In this document: positions 37,411 through 49,527 of the stretch, one piece after another | Numbering within the stretch: the first letter of the stretch is position 1 | How the letters are laid out: the number at the start of each line of letters is the position of its first letter | Assembly: GCA_050575255.1 (NCBI GenBank) | Contig: JBNZDD010013732.1 | Coordinates: 5,984,777-6,048,776 of the forward strand | Source of the DNA: Harriotta raleighana | Lineage: Eukaryota | DNA length: 64,000 nucleotides | Direction: 5' to 3' | Position numbers and translations under genes: made by a program | Notes under the pieces: generated by a model | What the model was told of the DNA's origin: nothing | Databases searched by the model: none | Seen by the model: only the letters and a program-made list of their open reading frames with translations

Positions 37411-37489
37411 TGAAACAGAAAAATACATCCATCTGACTCTCCAATATCAAACCTGTGCCTCCAATACTACTGCAATCAAAATAGCAAAA

Positions 37490-37850
37490 ATAATAAACGT
37501 TACATTTGGTACAGTGCCTGATTACATCTTCGAGATGTTTCAAAGCACTTGCTTCACAGAATATACTGTAAGTTGAATTGACTTTAAATGTTGTGGGTGA
37601 AATGAGGACGCCAATTGTGCAACAAACTATCCCACAAACAGTGGATTGATCGACTAAATTTTTGTTTAAGGGATTATTATACCCGGAAAAGCGTTCTGCC
37701 AATCGACTCACAACTAGGTTCCTATTTACTGCTAGGTGAGCAGAGGCATGTGGAGTAAGAAAACTCGCCTAATGTTTAGTCTTGCCGTGGAATCGAACCC
37801 AAGTCCTCTTGCTTGCAATGCGAATGCTCTAAAGAATCCTGCAGGCTCCA
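37490..37850 (-). mobile_element. tRNA-derived SINE
   Basis: Family tail, body and head (ggaatcgaaccc B box). Confidence 0.75.
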
Positions 37851-37894
37851 TAACTCTCCAAAACCAGACCTGTAACTCTCTAAAACTAGTCATA

Positions 37895-38208
37895 ATAATC
37901 TAATAATAATCCTTGAATTTGATATAGCGCTTTTCACATCTTATCAATGTCCCAAAGCGCTTCACAGAATATACTGTAACGTGAATTGACTGTATATTTG
38001 TGGGCACAATGCGGCAGCCAATTGCACACAGCAGTGTCCCACAAACAGTCATGGATTGAAATGACCAATTTTATTATTGTAGTTTTTTTGGAGGGATTAT
38101 TATTAGGCATGTGGAGTAAGGAAACTTGCCCAAGGTTTCGCCCTGATTTGCCTGGATTNTTCATGCATGTAAGGCGAGTGCTCTAACCACTGAGCCACAG
38201 GAGCTCCA
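37895..38208 (-). mobile_element. tRNA-derived SINE (young copy)
   Basis: Near-identical to 55762-56094 and 43276-43513. Confidence 0.85.
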
Positions 38209-39249
38209 AATGTAATGTAACTCCCCAATGCTATACTGTAACTCTTCAATACTAGTCTGCAACTCCCCAATACTAGCCTGTAACATTCTAACACTGGCCT
38301 GTAAATCTTCAATACCAGTGCTGTAACTCTCTCATAGTGGTTCTGTAATACTACTATTAGAGAGTTACAGCTGTGGCTCTAATTTAAGTCTAATTAGATG
38401 ATTCACTCTCCTCTACTAATTTAGTTATTCTTTGATAATGTTATAGTAACATCCTGATACAATTCAAGTCTAATACAATTTCATTGACCGATAGTGGTGC
38501 AAAAACTCTCCTATGATATTTTAGCAACTCTCCATTACTAATCTAGAAACAGGAATCATACATATAAAATATCTGAACCCCTTCAGTAAATTCAAACCTG
38601 GAATTAATTCCTGTGTGTTTATTATTCTATAAATAAACAATTACAACCACCTTGAGTTGATTCCTGCTTGCCACTGCCTCCAGAGGGCATCAGTTACAGA
38701 AACAACAGAAACAAAATTACACTTGTATAGCGCCTTTCATGTCACAAGGCGCTGGGAAGCAGAGAACCTGTGGAACAAAGTAAAAATAGACATGATTACT
38801 ATCTGGATCTTGCAGTGAATCTGAGGCTTTTCCAATGCTGGTTGTTTCTTTTTCTGGATGGACCTGCCTCAATCTATTCTCTTCAGGATAAGAAATGTCT
38901 TTTTATTCCCACAAGTTACACTTCAAACATCCAATTGGAGAAGTACACATTGGCGAACGCATGGAAATCCAACTCCAGGGCTGTTTGCATAAGAACTAGA
39001 ACTGGATACAAAGCCAAATCTGCTTTACATGCTCAATCACTTGGGAGATTGACACTAGATTAAAGTTTAACCTGCAAATATTGACGGGAAATATACTTTG
39101 CAGCAAGTGACACAATGAAATAATAAAGGGAAGGTGCAACTTCAGGTATTTAGTTATTTTCTTTCTTCACACTTTGCTGGGCTCTCCTGCCTCTGCGTCA
39201 AAAGGTTGAGGGATTAACATTGCAGAGGAATTCTGCATTGTCAAAGGCA

Positions 39250-39598
39250 ATAATTATATAATATAATAATCCTCACATTTGCTATAGTGCCTTATCATGT
39301 CTCAAAGCTCTTCACAGAATATGTTGTAAATTGACTGTATATTTTGTGGGCAAAATGTGGCATCCATTTACACGCAGCAATGTTCTACACACAATCGTGG
39401 ACTGAGTCACCAAATCATTATTACTCTTTTGGAGGGATTATTACCCTCAGATAGCGATCCGCCAATCAGCCAACAACCAGGTAAACAGAGCTGTGTCAGT
39501 AAGGAAACTTGCTTATGGTTTTGCCCTATGCAGGAATTGAACCTGGGTCCTGTCTCTTGTGAGGCAAGTACTCTAACCAATACACTACAGAGCTCCAC
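39250..39598 (-). mobile_element. tRNA-derived SINE
   Basis: Family tail through head agagctccac. Confidence 0.75.
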
Positions 39599-40072
39599 AA
39601 AGGTGCAGTCCTTCCAGAGAGAAATTAAAACCATGTTCTTCAGATGTGTCCTGAGGACCAATGCAACTTTGTTGTGTTAAGCGACATGTTGTGTATTACT
39701 ACTCATTGTGGTTTTAATGGAAAACTACTGAACTGCAGTAAAAGCTTTGTTATCCGGCAGCCTCGGGCCCTGACCGGTGCCGGTTAATCAAATATGCCGG
39801 ATATTAGAGTGGCAAGTTGCCAAAAATCCTACAAAAAAAATTAACTTATTTTAATACATACCATATTAATAATAGACTAAATAATAACAGAATATTGTAT
39901 GGGTAACTTTCCAGTAAAGCATACATAAATAGTACAGTCAACCCTTGCCGAACGCGAGGGTTACGTTCCTGGAAAACAGCGCACTCTGCAAAATCTCGTT
40001 CAGTAAGTTTAATAAGTGCGCATTTGCAAAGTGAGCATATGCATGGGGAAAACCGTGTGTGCTCAAATTTTA

Positions 40073-40806
40073 NNNNNNNNNNNNNNNNNNNNNNNNNNNN
40101 NNNNNNNNNNNNNNNNNNNNNNNNNNNNNNNNNNNNNNNNNNNNNNNNNNNNNNNNNNNNNNNNNNNNNNNNNNNNNNNNNNNNNNNNNNNNNNNNNNNN
40201 NNNNNNNNNNNNNNNNNNNNNNNNNNNNNNNNNNNNNNNNNNNNNNNNNNNNNNNNNNNNNNNNNNNNNNNNNNNNNNNNNNNNNNNNNNNNNNNNNNNN
40301 NNNNNNNNNNNNNNNNNNNNNNNNNNNNNNNNNNNNNNNNNNNNNNNNNNNNNNNNNNNNNNNNNNNNNNNNNNNNNNNNNNNNNNNNNNNNNNNNNNNN
40401 NNNNNNNNNNNNNNNNNNNNNNNNNNNNNNNNNNNNNNNNNNNNNNNNNNNNNNNNNNNNNNNNNNNNNNNNNNNNNNNNNNNNNNNNNNNNNNNNNNNN
40501 NNNNNNNNNNNNNNNNNNNNNNNNNNNNNNNNNNNNNNNNNNNNNNNNNNNNNNNNNNNNNNNNNNNNNNNNNNNNNNNNNNNNNNNNNNNNNNNNNNNN
40601 NNNNNNNNNNNNNNNNNNNNNNNNNNNNNNNNNNNNNNNNNNNNNNNNNNNNNNNNNNNNNNNNNNNNNNNNNNNNNNNNNNNNNNNNNNNNNNNNNNNN
40701 NNNNNNNNNNNNNNNNNNNNNNNNNNNNNNNNNNNNNNNNNNNNNNNNNNNNNNNNNNNNNNNNNNNNNNNNNNNNNNNNNNNNNNNNNNNNNNNNNNNN
40801 NNNNNN
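40073..40806. other. assembly gap (N run)
   Basis: Run of N; the flanking sequence is duplicated on both sides. Confidence 0.99.
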
Positions 40807-41167
40807 CAGCAATGTTCTACACACAATCGTGGACTGAGTCACCAAATCATTATTACTCTTTTGGAGGGATTATTACCCTCAGATAGCGATCCGCCAATCA
40901 GCCAACAACCAGGTAAACAGAGCTGTGTCAGTAAGGAAACTTGCTTATGGTTTTGCCCTGTGCAGGAATTGAACCTGGGTCCTGTCTCTTGTGAGGCAAG
41001 TACTCTAACCAATACACTACAGAGCTCCACAAAGGTGCAGTCCTTCCAGAGAGAAATTAAAACCATGTTCTTCAGATGTGTCCTGAGGACCAATGCAACT
41101 TTGTTGTGTTAAGCGACATGTTGTGTATTACTACTCATTGTGGTTTTAATGGAAAACTACTGAACTG

Positions 41168-41572
41168 CAGTAAAAGCTTTGTTATCCGGCAGCCTCGGGC
41201 CCTGACCGGTGCCGGTTAATCAAATATGCCGGATATTAGAGTGGCAAGTTGCCAAAAATCCTACAAAAAAAATTAACTTATTTTAATACATACCATATTA
41301 ATAATAGACTAAATAATAACAGAATATTGTATGGGTAACTTTCCAGTAAAGCATACATAAATAGTACAGTCAACCCTTGCCGAACGCGAGGGTTACGTTC
41401 CTGGAAAACAGCGCACTCTGCAAAATCTCGTTCAGTAAGTTTAATAAGTGCGCATTTGCAAAGTGAGCATATGCATGGGGAAAACCGTGTGTGCTCAAAT
41501 TTTACTTGTATTGGGAGATATTGGTTGGTTGAGTGCCGATTGATTGGTTGCCGGATAACCAAGCTTTTACTG
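41168..41572. mobile_element. Tigger-like MITE carrying one end of a second Tigger-like MITE
   Basis: CAGTAAAAGCTTTGTTATCCGGCA ... TGCCGGATAACCAAGCTTTTACTG|TA; internal TA|CAGTCAACCCTTGCCGAACGCG is related to the end of 61314-61862. Confidence 0.75.
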
Positions 41573-43275
41573 TATTTGGACCTCTGTGTAACCTTTGCTG
41601 TTCGGAAATGCGAGTGTCAGCATTTTTAATGAGTAATGTGTGTATGCATCTTGTGATCTATTTTAATATCTTGATCATGTCTACTGTAATTGTGTGAAAA
41701 GAAGATCTGTCATCAGAGGATCTTTGTATTGCAGAAATAAGCTACAGAAATAATATCTGTGTGTGTGTGTGAGATAACCAGATGGACCGAGGTTCGAACA
41801 AGGACAATGCATGAATGGCTTTGTGGTAATGGATTGAGCAAGGATAGGTCACAAATATAGTATAAATATGTTCAGAGTGGCTGTTGCTGGTTAGAATAGA
41901 TCCAGGAAGACAAATGCACAGAAGTCCCTGTATCTCAGTAGCATGCAAAATAGCTGTGGTATTTATATGGAAAAGAGTCCTAGAAATTGCAAAATTACAT
42001 GTGGTGGTAGGGATGTACTCATAGTCAAATGAATGACCAATTCATCTGGAGGAACATTGGCCAGGATACCAGAAGTAACTCTCTCGTGTGTTCAAAATAG
42101 GAACATGGGATCTGTTGACTGGAAAAGTTGAGACTTGGAATTTCAGACACACGATAATGAAGTTCATGCCATGACAATTAATGGCAACCATTATAAATGA
42201 TTTTATGCTGATTCAATGTTGTAAACTGTTATGAAATGCAATTTATTACTGATACTTTTTGGGGAGTGTTATTTCAGTTTGATATTAGTGCCTTCTGAAA
42301 AGGTGGGTTGAACTTGGCGGGTATTGGGTCCAGGCTGCAGTTGGGAATAAATGTCCCAACCTTACATTTCTTGGAATACGCCTCAGAGTCTCCAAAACAA
42401 ACTGAGACGTCCATGCATCTGATCGACACACGGAAATCCCTGAGATAGATTGTTGGAATGGAATGCACATACGCTCCCTGGAGGGACGCATTCTGCTTAA
42501 CTAACTCCAAAGGATCCAGCTGGTTTGTTCGGCTCCATGTGTTTCTGAGAATTGGCAGATAGGTGGCCCAAATGGCCCCCCAAAGCCTCTGTGAAAGACG
42601 TAGAACATGCTTCGTATTAAGAGTTCATACTCCAATACCAACACGCTTAAATTACATTTGTGTAGCACTTTTCAAGGGAGGATGTCCCAAGGTGTTGGAA
42701 AGTCCGGGATTTGGACCCGAGCAGGGGGTAGGGATCAGGTGGGGTGGAGGGCAGAGAGAGTAGGAGCGAAAATGTATCATACCAATTTCGGCAACAACTT
42801 TTAATTGAAAAGTAGATAGTTATTGGGGGAGAACATGTTTGCCGGGCTATCGGGAGAAAGCAAGGGAGTGGGATTGATTTGGACAGCTCTTTTCAAAGAG
42901 CCTTCACAGACGCTCCTTCTGGGCTGTATAATTCTATGATATATTTTCGCTCATTGACTGAAGGCAACCTACACCCTGGCTGAGGTCAGCTTTCATGTGT
43001 CTTGTTGTGCACTTGTATTGCAGGCTCAGTGCGAACAAATCCCTGCTGGTCTCAGACTTGCATTAAAGACCATAGCTCCTGCAGGGCCTGGTGACATGTA
43101 ACACTATGGGAATAGGCCTCTGATTGTGCAAACCTGCTGTATTCAATTGTGTGCTCATTTGTGTGATACTTTGTGTTGACATGTGTACAAGTACAGCTGA
43201 TGTGAGTGAACAAGATGTTCTTGGGAGAAGGTGGCTGACTTGAGAGGGTATTTAACTGCTGTTTTTTTCCTCTCT

Positions 43276-43513
43276 TAATAATAATAATAATCCTTGTACA
43301 GTATTTGATATAGTGCTTTCACGTCTTCTAGACGTCTCAAAGCACTTCACAGAATATACTCTAAAGTGAATTGACTGTATATTTGTGTGCGAAATGCAGA
43401 AGCCAATTGCGCACAGCAGTGTCCCACAAACAGCTGTGGATTGAAATGACCAATTTATAGTTTTTTTTGGAGGGATTATTATTAGGCGTGTGGAGTAAGG
43501 AAACTTGCCCAAA
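43276..43513 (-). mobile_element. tRNA-derived SINE (head lost at an N)
   Basis: (AAT)n tail and family body. Confidence 0.8.
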
Positions 43514-45354
43514 NACTGGATTTGAAACACAGGTCTCAAGCTTATTTGTCCTCTTTATTTGCATTGATATTACTGAAACCATGAACTCGAGTGAAGAATT
43601 TTAATATGTTCTGGGCAACGAGATGACAATCAAATTAAACAAATTCTGCTGTGAGACGATGTAACATTAGACTTTGAGTCAAATTTCAAGTGCATTTGAT
43701 GTCTCAGTACAATAATAACTCCAGCGTGGATCTGCTGCATTGTTGGATGTGCTGTCGATTGTGTGAAATGTTTAAGCTGCTTGTTCAGGTATAGCTGTGT
43801 TTATGTAAGATGTTTAAACCGCCTGTCCAGGTGGACATTAATGTCCTAGCCAACAGTCTCCCAATTAAAATACAATTGATCATTTCATGGTTGTTTGGGA
43901 GATATTGCAATGTGCAAACCTAAAGTGTAAATTGACAAGAGACAAAGCTTGGGGACCCTTGAGTGTCCATCGGGGATACTGATGGAGGCTAAACAGCTAA
44001 AACCATCCACTTGCCATTGATATTTCCTTTGGCTTGTCCAGCTGGGACCACACTACCGTCAGGGCTTTGGCTTGCAACAGGAACTGACTGGAATGATTCT
44101 CTGTTCCCAGCAACTGGTCTACCCTTTAGGAATTGCTGATGAACCAGGCTGGCTGTGCTGTGACAAATATACAGTCAATTCACTGCAAACCAATCTGGTT
44201 TTGAAACCGGACTAGAGACCACCACAGTGGGCTGGCTCGATTCTGATATTCCCTTGCCAAGCATATCACCTTGGAACCAGTTCAGCTCCAAGTGGACACT
44301 GTTTACTTCCCCCACTTAAGTGATGCTCTTGGCTGAGATCTAGGCAGCAGTAACACTAGCCCTATCAGTCCTTACCATTCTTCAGTTAATACCCACTGAA
44401 AGAGACTAGCTCTGTCTTCCATTTGTATTGCAATTTTCGGACAGTAAGGAATGTGGAGAAAGCTGTTATTTGTTTAATTGACGTTAAAATCAATTAGGAG
44501 AAAATGTAAACGTACATGATGGCCTTTATCATGTCTATGTAAACAAGGGTGTCACATTGTTTTGTTTTGGCAATGAATGATGACATTTTTTCTCTCTGTT
44601 TAAGGATAAAATGCAGGGTGTAAGTATAGAGTGAAACTCTCCGAGTCCTGATAGGCAAATACAGATGCGACAAAATACAAAATTACATTTATAGAGTGCC
44701 TTTCATGTCGGTAGGATGTCCCAAGGTGCTGATACAGATCCAAAATACAGACCTGACCTCCTCTTCCCCCGAGATCATCTCAACTGCCTGCAGCATTTTG
44801 TCCACAATAGTCAATTCACTTTACAGTATATTGTGTGAAGCGCTTTGAGACATCGATAAGAAGTGAAAAGAGCTATATCAAATGCAAGGATTATTATATT
44901 ATCTCTGCTCCCAGCTATGAACCATCAACAGCCTTAGGTTCTCAAAGATGCCCTGACAGCTACTGTCTTAACTTCAAACGCATCGAAGATTAGACTTGGC
45001 AAACAGAGTGCATCCTGACCTAGGATGCTTGTTTTGTTTGATGTTGCAGAGCCAGATGTTGAGAGAGATGAGTCAATGAGCACAGCCATTAAGAGCAGAA
45101 AGGAAGGCAGATGCTTTTGAAAAGGAACACAGGTCTAGAGATGTCTTGCAGGAGAGAGAATCTGCATGCAGAGATCGCTGGCGTCTGAGCAGCATCCTCA
45201 GGGAAGCCACTAAGTAAGACGATTTGTTTTTATATAACTTCTTTCACAGAGGGGATGATGGCCCAAAGCCAGTCACAGTGATGGTTGGACACCCATTGCT
45301 GAGACGCACTAAATTAGGTGGGGCATCTGACTCATCCTCTACATGGCCAAGGCT

Positions 45355-45685
45355 GGCATTCCAGTGTGGTGAGAGGGATTTGCTGCATTGTTGGATGTGC
45401 TGTCTTTTGTGTGAGATGTTAAACCGAGGTCCCGGCTACCTGTTCAGGTGGTTGTTAAAGATCCCATGGCACTAGCCGAAAAGGAAAGGGAGGTTCTGCC
45501 AGTGTCCTGGCTAACAACCCCCCAAATAAAATAAAATTGATCACTCACTTCATGGTTGTTTGTGACACGTTGCCATGTGCAAATTGGTTGCCTTGCTCGC
45601 CTTCACAGTAAAATCCTGTGAAGTGCTTTGAGGTGTCTTGGCAGCGTGATAAGGCGCAATACCAAATGCAAAGATGATTATAACA
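45355..45685 (+). mobile_element. Deu-domain SINE
   Basis: tgagatgttaaaccgaggtcc...gttaaagatcccatggcacta...gtgtcctggctaac core plus an L2-type tail. Confidence 0.75.
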
Positions 45686-47085
45686 TGACCAAGGACTGCC
45701 TGATGAAATCCCTTTATTCTGCCTCAAACTCAACTTCCTGGTGCAAAACAGTATCTGACCCAATGCTGACATTTCACACATAAGGAGACATTGGCCTCAA
45801 TCCAGCCCAGATAAAACCAGTTTTCCACACAAGCACTTCCTTCAGGTAGTTCCTATTTATTAACAACATCTCCTCAAATCCATCTATACTGCATGCAAAC
45901 ACTGAATTAGCTATTCAGGTACTTCCAGTACTCTGACATGGACTCTCAAGGGCTGGAGTTTCTAAGGAGTTTCTCTATTAATGAAATAGTAATATCAGTG
46001 AACAATATCGGTGTGACCTGAGAGAAGATGTAGAGGAATCTGGGGCAGATGAGATCCAGTGAATCTTAAAAAGAAATAGGAGGACATTAATGGTGCCTGA
46101 AGTTTTTGAGTTGTTCCAAATACACAGGAGCAACAACAACAACAAAATTATATTTATAGAGCGCCTTTCATGTTGGGAGGATGTCCCAAAGAGCAGTACT
46201 GGAGGGGAGAAAATCTGATGCTATAAGTGACAAAATGGATGAAGGTGCAAAGTAATTGCACATATTGTCATGAAACTATGATCTGGTAGCTTCTACAGCA
46301 ACTTGCATACATATAGCATCCTTCATGTATGATTATGTCTCAGAGCACTGGGCTATGGTGGGGTTGGATGCCGAGCAAGGGAGGGGAAGGAGGATTTCGA
46401 TTGCACGCTGTCTTCAATTACACTTAATTGAAACATCTACACCAATACCTTGGGGAGTTTTAGCATAGATCACAACTGTCAAGATGCCTTCAACACTGTG
46501 AACCAAACTGTTCAAAATTCTTTAAGCTGATACACAGTGTGGTGCAATCAATAGCACAGAACTGCTCTAATTTAGAACTAAGTTCTCAGTTTTGCTCAGT
46601 GAGGTGGGGTGGTTGAGGTGGGGAATGGAAATTTCACGTTGCCACACTTGGTGTTCAGTGAAGACAATTGGGTACAGAGTTAATGGAGAACACAGTCCTG
46701 TGAATCCAACACATGTTATATCTGACCCGAAAGCTTGAGAGAATAATCCAACCCACCCTGTGTTTTATATGGAGTGGTGGAGAAGGAACTNTTGAGGTGG
46801 GGAATGGAAATTTCACGTTGCCACACTTGGTGTTCAGTGAAAACAATTGGGTACAGAGTTAATGGAGAACACAGTCCTGTGAATCCAACACATGTTATAT
46901 CTGACCCGAAAGCTTGAGCGAATAATCCAACCCACCCTGTGTTTTATATGGAGTGGTGGAGAAGGAACTTTACTTTGTAGATAACCAATGCTAGATATAT
47001 CTAGTCCAATAGGGTGGTACACAGATGATTTTCGTGAACAAAGATGTTTTGCTAAATATTCTTTAAGTATTTACATCTTTACATA

Positions 47086-47384
47086 GTGGAGTCCTGTAGC
47101 TCAGTGGTTAGAGCATTTGCCTTACAAGTGAGAGACCTGGGTTCAATTCCAGCCAGGGCGAAACCTTGGGCCAGTTTCTTCACACCTGATAATAATCCGT
47201 TAAAAAAAAGTAATAATTTGGTCACTCAATTCCACGATTGTTTGTGAGACACTGCTGTGTGCAATTGGCTGCTGCCTTTCACCCCCCAAAACTGTCACTT
47301 TGCAGTATATTCTGTGAAGCATCTTAAGAAGTCTAGAAGATGTGAAACTGCTATTTCAAATGCAAGGATTATTATTATTATTAT
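47086..47384 (+). mobile_element. full-length tRNA-derived SINE
   Basis: A box TAGCTCAGTGGTTAGAGC, B box GGTTCAATTCC, tail aaatgcaagg(att)n. Confidence 0.88.
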
Positions 47385-49451
47385 CTTGAATCCCACATGC
47401 TTGGTTCCCAAGTTTGCAAACAACTGAAATGTTGATTCTCTAGTGTGTTGGTGTCAGTTTCAAGACATGTGTGTGTCGTTCAGACTTTTATTTGGTCATA
47501 AAGCCTATTTCGGGGTTTTAATATGTTCTTATTATGTGGTCGAAAACATACTGACGAGTAGACAGCAAGTGCAGGACGTCTGTCTGCATGAGCTTGTTCA
47601 CTAGTTTTCTGAGAAATGGCTTCCATTTGGCTTCCACAACATAAAGGTTGCTTATGATAAGGACTCTGAAATTGTTATTGAACTAACAGCAAGATGGAAA
47701 TGTGGCATTCCCGTTTGGATCACATATGGACCATTTTCAAAAATCTGGTCTGCATATAAAAATGATTTCTTAGCCAGCTAAATGGTAAAAAAAGTAAAAG
47801 AATTGTATTCCTGGCATTACTGCTCATGAGTAGAGCCAGTATCAAAGGATAATAGTTAATGTTTTTCTTGCTTTTACATGCAAAATCAAATACAGTATAA
47901 GGATTATTCTTTTATTATAACATCATTCAGCACTCCTATATTTTAGACCCATCTCGTGGCCCATTGGTACAAGTCCATACAGGCTCAACAACAACAACAA
48001 CAACTTGCATTTATATAGCCTGCTTCATTGGCATACTGTCCTGGGGAGTTTTGCCTGTTCATGCCGATCCATACATAATAGAATTCTACAGCACCGAAGG
48101 AGGCTTTTTGGTGCTGGCTCTTTGAAAAAAAGCTGTTCAACTATAGGATCCACCCAACCTAGCTAATCAGCAGAACTTGTTGTGGCAGACAAGTCACTGA
48201 GTTGGCAGTGATTTTTTTCTGTTCCTGATAACTCTGCATGCTAAGCTCCAGGGGGTAGGCTGGGCACAGTTGCACAAGATACAGGAAGTTTGCCAGACAG
48301 TGTCCACAATGGGAAACTATTCAATTTGATTTGGTTGAACCTAAGTCACTGGGGTCTCTAAGCCTTGGCTCTTGGCAAGCTGAGATTTGCCCACAAAATA
48401 CTCTACACACGTTTTAACGACATAATAATACACTATATCAAATGCAAGGATTATGATTATTACTATTAATACACTTCAAAGAGAGTGTGCACATTTCATT
48501 GCAGATGAAGGAAAAGTTCCACGTGTATGTAGCATACATATATGGAACTCCAAGTCTGGTTGAATACAACTAGGGATGGTTTTAATTCATATGAGATACC
48601 TGACTCGCTGCAAAAAGAACAAGTTTTTTTTCCTACTTCAATGGAACAGTAAGATCTCCTCCAAGGCTTTACTGACTGGACAGCCGCTCCACAATGATTG
48701 TTGTCTGTATTTAGAGACACGACAGAGATTCAGAGTGAATTTGATAAATGGGGCTATAGACCCTGGAAGGATGTTAACCAATGTGCTGCAGAGCCTCATT
48801 TGTACCTTACACAGTCTTTAGTAACTGTCTTTTCCAAGCAGCACACCCACTGTGCTGAAGCCAGCCAGACAGCTAATTACTTTACGTACTCCTGAAAACT
48901 TTATTGGTGTTTATTAGAAGCTTATGAAAACAATTGAACACCATTTCCATCATCTAAAATGCAGTGGATACCGTCAGGACTGCCCAGCTCCCAGCAAACA
49001 ACAACAACAACTGCAATTTATATACCGCCCTCCACGCTGGACAGCGTCTCCCTGACTGGTGTCTGTCAATGCTACATGATCCTCCTCTGAACAGCTGTTT
49101 GGTGAGATTGTGTTGGCAATATGTGTAGGGTCACCAAAAAGATGTGATATCATTACAATGTCTAGTGTCTTAAAGAAATGGTGATTTTTTGTTTGTTTTT
49201 AGATAATAGGGTATCATGACTTATTGGTCACCGATCCTGTATATATGTGTATGTACGTCTGTTTGTGTGAGAGCAAGCAGCTGACTGAGTGACGGCATGC
49301 ATGCCTGCAGATGTGCACCACATGTTGTTGAGACTCTGTATGAGCTGACAGAGAGCCAGTGCAGTTGAATTATTCCAGGAGTTTCTGACACGCTTCAGAC
49401 AGCCTGGAGACTCGAAGTACTCTCATATCTCGCACTCACTGCCTTGGGAAA

Positions 49452-49527
49452 ATGCAAGGAAGAACTCTGATCCTGCTTATATTTTCCACAAATGTTTGTG
49501 TGACTGCTCTTCCCAAGAGAAATAAAG
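49452..49527 (+). CDS. FAM180A: FAM180 coding exon 1 (signal peptide)
   Basis: aaaATG, hydrophobic stretch [25 protein letters not shown], donor AAG|GTAGGA; phase 1 matches the next exon. Confidence 0.75.

Noticed and set aside
39376-41503. About 700-bp direct duplication and long X-containing ORFs
   Set aside because: Near-identical copies sit on either side of the N gap (unmerged contig overlap), and the ORFs are made of N.
46612-46970. About 178-bp tandem duplication
   Set aside because: The junction is a single N; assembly artefact.
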